Below are positions 23,787 through 32,442 of a DNA stretch of 32,442 nucleotides, piece after piece. Numbering within the stretch: the stretch's first letter is position 1; every line of letters begins with the position of its first letter. A program made the translations under genes and the position numbers. This DNA comes from Thraustochytrium aureum (lineage: Eukaryota): NCBI GenBank assembly GCA_012862495.1, contig BLSG01000402.1:475269-507710 (forward strand). Reading direction: 5' to 3'. The notes below the pieces were generated by a model, which saw only the letters and a list, made by a program, of their open reading frames with translations, was not told the origin of the DNA and did no database searches.

Positions 23787-24817
23787 TCACGCCCTGTCCG
23801 CCTCCGGCTTCGTCAAAGCCTTAATCAGTTTCCTCGGCCTCCCGACATCTTTGTACGATTGGAATGCCTGCGCCTCGCCGCGCTCTGCCAGAGCACCCGC
23901 CACAGACCTGCAGTCGCCAATCTGGCGCTTAATAACGCGTAATTTGGCGTTGGTGAACTGCAGGTTTGCGATCAGGGTGCGGATCTTGTCCCGGACCTCT
24001 GGCCCAGACACGTCGCTCGCGGTCGGGGCGGCCAGGATCGGATCTTGGTCCTGGTCCTCGCCAGCGGCGACAGCCTTGCTGACGAGATCCGCGTTCTGGG
24101 CCCGTTCTGACTCCAGTCTCTGCCAGTCCTTCAGCTCGCTCTCGTAGGCCGCTTGGAGGAGCGATAGCGCTTTGCGCTCCGCCACGAGTTCCTTGTTTTT
24201 CGGGTTTGGTTTCGGCTGGGTCTCAGCCGCGGCGTTCAGATCTAGCTCCTTCAGCGCCTCCGGGGCAGCGAGCTTTTTGAGAACCTTGCGACTCAGGTCG
24301 CGCACTGTTCGGCGCGGATTGTTGTCAGCTCAAGAACCTACAGCAAAAGCGGCAGGGCTGCAAAACGTAGCGCCTCGAACTTACGCCTTTCATTCACCTT
24401 GGGGTGCGCGTCCCCGTATACCTGGCGCGCCGCTCGCATCTCGCTCTCCATGATGGACGCGAGGGCCGTCCCAACCCACTCGCTCGGGAGCCCACCCGCC
24501 TCACCAGCAAGCGAGGTCGCGTCGAGCTGGAACGCGGTGTTCTCTGGGTACGCCGGGAACCCCCGCTGCTTCTTCGCGATGCGCGCTTCCGCGGCTGCGC
24601 CGCCGACGTCCTCAACAGCCCGCGCGAACGACCTGACCTCGCTCAACCCGGCGTCACGCCGTCCCTTCCTCTTCCACGCGGCCGAGCTCCCACGTCGCGC
24701 CTCGCCAAATTCGGCCTCCACATCGCTGTACCGTAGCTCGTCTCCATCCTCCTGGATTCTTCGCGCGCCGCGTTTTGCGACGACGTCCCTGCTCAGCACC
24801 ACGCCAGATGAGTCCAT
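23787..24817 (-). CDS. DSN1: DSN1/Mis13-like kinetochore (Mis12 complex) protein, two exons (24817-24385, 24304-23787), 316 aa
   Basis: ATG 24817 (MDSSGVVLS). Splicing an 80-nt intron joins two ORFs in frame (..PKVNER-L-RDLSRKV..; 433+518=951 nt). PKPNPKNKELVAERKALSLLQAAYESELKDW resembles the Dsn1 PNPxN...ExxxW motif and is followed by coiled coil. The gene model is firmer than the family call. Confidence 0.7.
24305..24384 (-). other. Spliceosomal intron, 80 nt, phase 1
   Basis: Donor GTAAGT at 24384, branch-like GCTGAC about 20 nt from the 3' end, acceptor ACAG ending at 24305; removal restores the reading frame. Confidence 0.9.
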
Positions 24818-24906
24818 CCCGCCCAAGCACCGTGCGAAACGGCGAGGCGCAGACTTTCGCAGTCCCCGAACGGCACAGGCCGGGACGCAATCACGCAGGC
24901 CGAAAT

Positions 24907-25017
24907 GCGAGCCGCAGTGCCGCCAAAAGGCGAGCCGCAGTGCCGCCAAAAGGCGAGCCGCAGTGCCGCCAAAAGGCGAGACGCAGCTGCCGCCAAAAGG
25001 CGAGACGCAGCACCGCC
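24907..25017. repeat. 23-24 nt tandem repeat GCGAGCCGCAGTGCCGCCAAAAG, about 4.7 copies
   Basis: Units start at 24907, 24930, 24953, 24976 and 25000 (partial). Confidence 0.97.
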
Positions 25018-25023
25018 TGGATG

Positions 25024-25085
25024 AACGCCAGATACAATCGCGCCACCTTCGGCCTGCCTTTCCAAAGCAACGCAAGATACAATCG
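25024..25085. repeat. Direct repeat AACGCMAGATACAATCG x2 (45-nt period)
   Basis: Copies at 25024-25040 and 25069-25085. Confidence 0.85.
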
Positions 25086-25192
25086 ACAACCGTCTGCCTG
25101 CCCACACGCGAGACGCAACCGCCCAACCTACGGCCAGCTGCTTTCGAGGCGCAAGACCTCCACACCGTCCTGCCTTGCGTGCCCAACTACTA

Positions 25193-25281
25193 ACGCGCCT
25201 ATCTGCCCAACTGCGTACGCGCTAACTGCCAATTGCGTACGCGCTATCTGCCAATTGCGTACGCGCTATCTGCCCAATTGC
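25193..25281. repeat. 22-nt tandem repeat ACGCGCTATCTGCCAATTGCGT, about 4 copies
   Basis: Units at 25193, 25217, 25239 and 25261; contains palindromes CAATTG and GCGTACGC. Confidence 0.95.
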
Positions 25282-25425
25282 CTGGCCAACTGCCTGCCTT
25301 CTTGCCTGGCTGCCGTAGTGCCTGGCGCGCCGCGCGCAGGGCGATTCGGGGTCTGCTCAACCGCGTCCAACAACCGCCGCCGACCCACACCTTGCGCCTG
25401 CAGTTGGTTGTTGGAATCGAAACGA

Positions 25426-25705
25426 GTATTGACTTTCAGTATAATGTGAGGTGTGGACATTGGTGTGCTTGGGCAGGTTTGTATCTTGACGTTCAGTACG
25501 TTGCTGCGGTGATGCGTTGTATATGTATTGAAATTTAGTATATTGTACCGGCATGGTCGCCACTGTCTATATCTTGACATTCAGGATAATGTATGCAACG
25601 GAGGTGAGCGTGCTTGGCCCGGGTTTATGTATTGAATGTCAATATATTGTGGTATTGCGCTCGACGTGCGGGAGAGAGAGGCTGACTTGAAGTTCAATAC
25701 TATGA
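25426..25705. repeat. AT-rich interspaced array: six 22-bp imperfect dyad motifs with 20-36 bp variable spacers
   Basis: GTATTGACTTTCAGTATAATGT (25426), ATCTTGACGTTCAGTACGTTGC (25483), GTATTGAAATTTAGTATATTGT (25525), ATCTTGACATTCAGGATAATGT (25571), GTATTGAATGTCAATATATTGT (25629), GACTTGAAGTTCAATACTATGA (25684). Confidence 0.85.
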
Positions 25706-25954
25706 TAGGCCGCTCGGTGTGAATACAATAGAGGGCAATTGTAATATAGAGGGATGGAGGTCCGTTGGGGACATCGGACTGCTGGGGGTGGCAGAAACGC
25801 ATCTCTTGCGTGGAGGCGCGCGAGCGGCAGCAGCGGTGCGAGCAGCAGACGCGGAAGCAGTTGCGGGCGCGCGGGTCTGGCTTCGCGCGACTGCGTTGTG
25901 GAGCTTGGCTCACCTGCCTGGATCGGCGTGCTCGGCGGTTCGGGTTTTGTGTGT

Positions 25955-25980
25955 TTGTTGTTGTTGTTGTTGTTGCTGCT
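25955..25980. repeat. (TTG)n microsatellite upstream of SPEF2
   Basis: Directly visible. Confidence 0.9.
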
Positions 25981-26053
25981 TTTGCGGTTTCAGGTCGCGC
26001 TCGTCGGGACTGTGACGGGCTGACGGCGCGGCCGGCTCGGCTGAGCGCAGAGG

Positions 26054-29000
26054 ATGAGCAGGCTGTTGCTCGAGTGGATTAATGATGAGGTGCAGCTGAG
26101 CAAGCGCGTGGATGGGTTCGAAGATCTGCAGAATGGGTTCCTGCTCGGAGAGCTGCTGTACCGGTTCAACCAGCAACCCGACTTTGGCGACTTTCAAGAC
26201 AGCGCACGCGTGCAAGCAAAGATCGACAACTTTTGCCGGCTGCAGAGGTCGCTTGCAGAGCTCGGCCTCAAAGCGTTCGACTCGCTGGCGGCCATTCGGA
26301 TCATCAACGGCGAGGTCAAGCCGGTCGTGGACCTATTGTTCCGCATCAAAAACCGCGCTCAACGCAATCAAGGTCAACGTTGGGCGACACCCTGCGGAAA
26401 GGTACATGAGTGGCAAGTTCGCCGCGCTCACGAACTTTGTTCGGCTGCCACGCCAAGTCTACGACCACCAGATGAGCGAGATTTTCCGCAAGTCGATCAG
26501 CATTCGGCTGCTCAGCCAAAACCAAGTCGACATGCACGCACACCTGCAGCCTTTCTTCGACGAGCGAAAGCGCCAAGACAAGACCGTCGAGGCGATGAAA
26601 CGCAAGGACAAGCGCGACCAAGAGATGTTTTACCAGGAGATGCGCGCCCGCCGTGCCATGACCAAGCGGGCCGAGCTCGAGTACCTGAACGACTGGAACG
26701 CGAAGGGGATCGGGCTCTGGGTCGCAAATCAGCGCCGCCGCAGATACGTCAATGACGTCTACCGCAGGCACGCCAAGCAAGCCAGTCTACGGGCCGCCGC
26801 AGCGCATGATGCGGTGGTAGAGGAGAGCAAAGCTGAGTCTGCGAACGGCGTCAGCGAGATGGAGAAGAGGCTCGTGGACCTCAAAGACAAGATCAACCTC
26901 ATCCGCGGCGCAAATGGCAACGAGTCCCCGCAACAAGAGCCTGCATCGAACGACGAGACTGGCGACGTCGCAGACGACCTTGACGAGTCGTTTTTTGCCG
27001 CAATGGGCGAGGAACCCGGACTCTCCCTCATGCCGAACGACCGCACTTTATTCCGCGGCTCGTAGCGACGCGCTCCGACATTCCGCGCGAGAGCGCACCC
27101 GCTGTGGATCGGTTCATTGAGGACCTGCGCCTGCGCAAGGGCACCGAGGTGGCCGAGCAGGGGAGGCGCGAGCGGCGGCGCACAAAGTTTGTGGTCGGCC
27201 TCAAGGATGCGACGACAAAGCAGATCTCGGGGAAAAAAGTGGCGATCCTGCAGCGCTGCATCGCCGAGCCATCCGCAGAGGAAGCTCGCCTGATTGAGAG
27301 GACCATGTGGCAGCGGACATACGTCGATGTGATCCGCGAGAACCGCGAATTCCGCGACAGCCAAGTTGCGGAGCGCAAAGCACAAGACGCGCAGCTTCAA
27401 GAGTATCGCGAAGCCGTCTTGTCGAGCGATACGGACGGGCGCCGGCAGCGCCTCGTAGCCTGGATAAAGTCGCACCTGGCGCGCCTCGAGGAGTCAATTG
27501 AAGCAGCGCGGATCAAGTCGGCCAAAGAGATGTGCGCCGACATTGTGCGAGGATTGATCGATGTGGCTCTGGCGCACGTAGACCACCGAATCGTTGCAGG
27601 GAGCTTGGACGGCCTTCTTCCGGAATCGCTCTGCGAGCCGCTTGCTTCGTTTGTCGACGGCGTTCCCTCCGCAAGCGAGATCGAGCTGGCAGACTATCTA
27701 GCGAGGGAGCGCCTCTGGCGCGACCAAGCCCTGCCAGGCGAGGCAAGCACCGTCGTCGGCGACTTTCTCGCTCCGATCAGGCGCGTTGCAGCGCCGCCCG
27801 ATCCAGAGGGCGCCGAGGCTCGTCCCTCGGCCCCAGACGTGCCGCGCTTTCAACTGCAGGTGGCTCTCGTTGGCGAGCCGCTTGCTGGGAAGACGACGAC
27901 GGCCTGGCGGCTCGCAGCAAAGTACAATCTCGACATCATCGACCCGGTAAGCGCGCTCGAAGCTTTCTACCGCGATCACCCTGAACGCCGCGAGCTCCGC
28001 GCGAGCGACCAGGCCATGGTCGACGCTATCTTGCACGCCATTCGCGACTCGGACCGGCGGGCAAAGAGCCAGGCAGACCTAGCTGTGCAGCGCGCGCTCG
28101 CGTTGGCCGCGGACGGCACAGAAGAAGGCGAGCCCGCTGGAGTGGCGGACACCGGACTCGCAACTAACGTCCCAGCCACCGACGAGCACGTCGAGGAGAT
28201 GCTCTTCGATCTCTGGGACACGGACGGCTCTGGCGACATCGAACCAAAGGAGCTCTTGCGCGCAGCAATTACTGCCCACTGCGAGGGCAAGTCACGCGAG
28301 GCTTTGGAGGCAGAGGCTTTTGAGGCGTTCACACAGATGGACTTTGACCTCAACGGGCGAATCACGCGGGAAGAGTTCACCAAGTACTTTGAAGCCGTTT
28401 TTGGAAACGAGAAGCGCAACGTGCAAGCCCAACTGCTCCAGCACACCGACAATCTAGTGCGCCCCATTGAGGGCTGGGTTTTGGACGCATTCCCGCGAAC
28501 GCGATCCCAGGCGCGACTCTTGGAGCTCGCACTCACCGGCAAGGACGCCGACAAGACCGAGTACCACCCGGCGGCCTGCAAGACATTCCCCGCGTCGCCT
28601 GCGCAGCTCGTGGCCCATGACGAGCTCAAGCTCTTGGAGGCGGGCTGCCTGGATGCTGTCATTTGCCTCGGGTTGGACGCTGACGTCGTCTTTCAGCGAG
28701 CCGCGGCGCTAGACCTCGCAGGGACAGGCCGATATCGGATCGCGCCGGCCTTGATGCACAGTGCCCAGGAAAAGGACGGCGTGCGGCAGTGGTACGAGTG
28801 CTTTGGCACGTTTCACTCGGTTGACACCAAAGTGCGCACACAGTGCGATGTGTTTGCGGAGGTCGAAGCGCAAGTCAAGGCCGTCGTGGATCGCAAGCTT
28901 GCGCGAGACGAGGCAGACCGCGAAGCAGCTGACAAACGAGCGTACGCGGCAAGGTGCAGCACAATCGTGGCCTTCTGGGAGAACGGATACTTTGCTCCCG

Positions 29001-30967
29001 CTCCCGCAACCGGCGATGCGGACGGCGAGAACGGGGTCGCAAACCCGGACGAGGAAGACAAAGCTCTCGTGGATCGCGCCACAAACCTGACGCCGCCGCT
29101 GACTCCTCTGGCTCTGGGGATGGCCGGCGTGTGCCCGGAGGAGGCGGCCAAGGATGCCCTTGAGCGGTGGAAAAGCGAAGGTCAAGCCGGCAGCGGCGCG
29201 TGCTGGTTCCAGGAGTGCCTGGCTGTCACCCCCGAGGCTGCGTGCGAGCTTGCCAGCGTGTTCCTCGAAAGCGATGCTGGCCGCCTGCTGGGGCTGTCGC
29301 AAAACTTGGTGGCCGTGCTTTCTGAGCGAGGAATCACCGTCGACGTGGCATCGCTCCAGCAGGCCATCCAAGAGGCCCTAGCCGTGGAGCTGGCTCTGGG
29401 CAACGAGGAAGCAAGTGAGGCCGAAACCAAGAAGGAAGAAGGGGTCGAAAACGAAGCCGGCGCGGAAGGCGCTGCACAGCGCTCGCTCGAGCTGTTCCAG
29501 CTCTTTTCAAGGTGCGCTGCGGGTCTGCGAAGCGCGGGCGAGATGGCACTCGAGCAGGCCAGCGCGGACCAAGGAGCTGGTGCAGATGAGAAGGCGAGCG
29601 ACGAAACTGAGGCCACAGACGTTCAACTAGAAGCCCATCAGAAATCCGAGGTCGACCCGGTCCCGCGCATTGTAGCCTTCGTTCGAGAAAGGGCGATCGA
29701 GATGGCTGCAGCAAAGCGCAAGGAGGTCGAGGAGGAAGAGAAAAAGGCGAAAAAGGGCAAGAAAGGAGGCCCTGGTGCCGCCGACAAAGGCGAAAGTGCG
29801 GGGGGCGAAGGCGCGGCGGGCACCAGTGACGCTAGCCCTGAGGGTTCACCTCGCGTGGTAGATGCCCGCCTTGCGCAGCGCGTCTTGGAGGCGGTGGACA
29901 GCGTGGACCAGGAGTTTGTCGCCGGATCCAAGGTGGTGTTTGAGGCGCTGGCTACTTTACGTGCCTCGTGGCTTGACCACTACGCAGAGGAGCGGGCTGT
30001 CTTCGACCAGTTCCTGCGCGACAAGCGTCTGGATGAGGCAAAGAATACCATCCTCTCTTCGTTTCAGAAGCGCTTTGACGGGATTGCACAGGACCTTCGG
30101 TTCCACCCATCCACGAAAAACGAGCTTTTCCAAGGCATCGAGGAAACCGCCGCGGAGCTCTGGGAGCGTGTCCACATGCACAAGGACGAGGGGATCGAGC
30201 TGATCAAAGAGATTGAGACTAGCCCGTGGATCACGCGCTTCAAGGAGCAGCAGGCAGACCAGTACCTTCATCTACTTCAGCTAGAGGTCGCGCGATACCA
30301 ATCGACACGCGGGGGCTTGGCCTTGGTCGGTGTCCAGCTCGCGACAGGTGCAGATGTCTTCCCAGAAGAAGGCCAAGCAGAAGCATACGACTCTCTGTGG
30401 CCAGTGAGCGCGCTGTACGGGCCCTCGCTCGACCCAGACATCCAATTCGAGGGCGCTGTCGAGAGCGCGGCAAAGAAGGGCAAGAAGGGCGGCGCAGCAG
30501 CCAAGGACAAAGGTGCCGCTCCACAAGAGGCAGGCGAGGGAGCCGACGTCAAGTCCGACTCGCGCATTCCTACAGCGTCTCTGTCCTGCAAAGCGCTCCA
30601 GACGCGGCTCGCAACTTACGACGATCCGGACCTGATTGCAACAGTCCCCGGGCTCGCAGAGGCGCTCGATGCGCTTGATAAGGAGTTTGAGGCCAATGTA
30701 GCGCGCATCACGACTCGCGCGTTGGAGCGCCAGGACCTCGCAACCAAGGTCGCCGCGGCCAACCTTGGCTTGCTACGCGAGCGGCTGGACGAGCGTTTAG
30801 ACGCAGAGGTGACAGCCTCGGAGGCGTTCGTGCTCTACGCGTCAGAGTGTGCAGAGGGTGCGCGCCCTCTCGGGCCGCGTGCTCTGACGTTTTCTGGGAC
30901 AAGCTTTTTGCTGCTCGAGGTTCCCGAGGCCACGGGGGGCAAGGCCGCGGAGGGCGAGGATGCATAA
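26054..30967 (+). CDS. SPEF2: Sperm flagellar protein 2 / CPC1-like central-pair protein (CH domain, coiled coil, adenylate-kinase-like domain, EF-hands); two compensating frameshifts
   Basis: N-terminal CH-type domain (MSRLLLEWINDEVQLS..LQNGFLLGELLYRFNQQPDF), P-loop GEPLAGKTT, GWVLDAFPRTRSQARLLE, and FQKRFDGIAQDLRFHPSTKNEL. Split across ORFs 26054.., 26112.. and 27104..; the total span of 4914 nt is a multiple of 3. Confidence 0.9.
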
Positions 30968-31124
30968 TAACAGATTTTATTAAATCCAATTGTGCAGTCT
31001 GTAGTACCGGTGCTCGTTGACGAGCATCCATCACCGCAGTGATCCGCGTTCGACAACCTCGGCACGCGATGGCCGGTAACGGCGAGGACGGCCATGGAGG
31101 AGATAATGGGCCGAACGTACTGGG

Positions 31125-32291
31125 TCAACAAGGGAGATCCTTTCCGCTCGCGAAAGAAGCAACGCAAGCTGAGAAACCCGCGCAAGCGATGAATGAATGA
31201 AAATCGAAAGGAGATTTGCTGATGTTCTGCGCTGGTTCCGTCTGCAGATGAATTGTGTCGTCAGCCGGCGAGTCCAATTGACGACCGCGGTGCCTGCCGA
31301 GGCCTTGGGAGCAAGGCTGGTCTTTCCCAAGCAGCGCCAAGGGCAACTTGAAGGATCTCATCAATCTCGCGCAGGGTTCACCTGCTTCTCTCCAGCTCTG
31401 CTCCACCACGAGGCTGTTTGGTGGAACTCTTTCCTTCCGCTGGTCAACAAGTTTGTCGTGGACGTTTCGTATCAACATTGCAAGGTCATTATTCTTCAAG
31501 CTCTTGGTCACCTTCAGACTCTTGGTTGTGGGGCTCTTCACCGCAGGGGCGATCGCCAACGACATCCAGGTCGAGCCGTGGCTGACGGAGAACGGGCATA
31601 CGGAAAGTCAGCTGCTTGCTGCCCTGGCATGGCCGCCGACAGCCGAGCTGCCTATGTTAGCGCGGCCTCTGGTTCTCGTAAAGGACAAGTCAAACGCACG
31701 CAATTCGACTGGCGCAACTACCGCGCCCGACTCGTTGCTGACATCGGCTCAGTCTTCCCGATTCATTCTTTGCACCGCTCTCCCGTAGCCATCCACGAGC
31801 GCGCTATCGAGCGTCACTACAGCGTTGTTGCTGGATCTGGTAAGTTTTGCAGCCCGGGCGTTCGAGAGTTTGCCGGTGGATGATATCACATCATTCACCA
31901 CAAGGATGGACATTTTAAGTACAGGGCCATCCGGCCAGCTCTTGGCTGTCCTGAAGTTGCCCCGGACACGCTCAGTTGCGGAACCGGAGGGCCCTCGCAA
32001 ACGCATGCTTGGAGATTGTCACGCGTTGCCCTGCGTCTCCACGGGCCGCTTCAACGGGCCAAAAGCAACCCAACTTGCCCGTCGTGCCCGCGCGCGTCAC
32101 CATTGCGCGTTCAGCTAGACAAGCTCCAGCACGCACAGCTGCAGCAAGCCGTCAAACACAGCCAAGAATGACCCGTCCGGCGCTGTAACGCTTTGGGAGA
32201 TAGCGGAGTCGCAGGTGAAGCCCGCCGAGCGGGTCGCTTCAGCGCCGCTGAACACAGACACCGTTCTTTCGCCGTTCACCAGCGCCGGCAT
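31125..32291 (-). pseudogene. Possible decayed WD40-like gene (one reading frame with five internal stops)
   Basis: ORFs 32115..32366, 31749..32006 and 31125..31565 share one frame. Stops at 32117 (TAG) and 32099, 32021, 31751, 31610 (TGA). WD-like words SVTAPDGSFLAVFD, ELRAFDL and GHARAASSxLSVCP. GC looks lower than in the intact genes. Confidence 0.35.
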
Positions 32292-32442
32292 CCGCAGCTC
32301 CTCCTGCGCCCAGAACCCGCCGCCGTGTCCGCGTCCTGCACCACCTCGCCCGTCGCGATCGACCACGCAAGCACGCGGCCAGACATGTCCCTCGAGACGA
32401 TGCGGTCGCCGTCGCGCGAGGGGGCCACGGCGTCGACACTAT

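Noticed and set aside
24818..25186. N-terminal extension of ORF 24338..25186
   Set aside because: Translates the 23-nt non-triplet tandem repeat; ATG 24817 is the plausible start.
25429..25592. Bacterial sigma70 promoter look-alikes (TTGACT..TATAAT; TTGACA..GATAAT)
   Set aside because: The hexamers are only 5 bp apart rather than about 17, and the context is eukaryotic.
25575..25606. loxP-like string (ATAATGTATGC)
   Set aside because: Only the spacer and a few flanking bases match; the 13-bp inverted arms of loxP are absent. Probably chance.
25426..25705. Bona fide CRISPR array
   Set aside because: The repeats are degenerate, spacer lengths are uneven (20-36), spacers 1 and 4 are related, no cas genes are present and the context is eukaryotic. 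Kept only as an unexplained interspaced array.
25420..25760. Box C/D snoRNA or TIGR-like cluster (CTGA recurs on the minus strand)
   Set aside because: No matching box C (RTGATGA) on that strand.
26372..26402. Tiny GT..AG intron as an explanation of the first SPEF2 frameshift
   Set aside because: Removing it leads straight to a stop codon, and homology (LLFRIK-TALNAIK) places the shift upstream at the A-run.

Overview
Gene-dense, GC-rich, intron-poor eukaryotic scaffold with four N-gaps. Flagellar genes and the overall style suggest a zoospore-forming protist such as a thraustochytrid; this is inference only. Gene order: PPWD1 cyclophilin-WD40 (-), ankyrin-repeat protein (-), Furry/Mor2/Pag1-like giant protein (+), orphan PAQM-repeat protein (-), 2-TM protein (+), pyruvate kinase (+), CEP162-like (+), two-exon DSN1/Mis13-like kinetochore gene (-), SPEF2/CPC1 (+), and a possible decayed WD40-like frame at the end (-). 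Four genes carry five single-base frame breaks, most explicable at short homopolymers and so probably sequencing errors. The most unusual feature is the 1.2-kb divergent DSN1-SPEF2 intergenic region. It holds several distinct repeat modules, a hairpin at a strand-skew switch, and an AT-rich island with six copies of a 22-bp dyad motif (TTGA-N3-TCAR-TATAWTGT) separated by 20-36 bp variable spacers. All family assignments come from recognising motifs by eye; no database searches were run.
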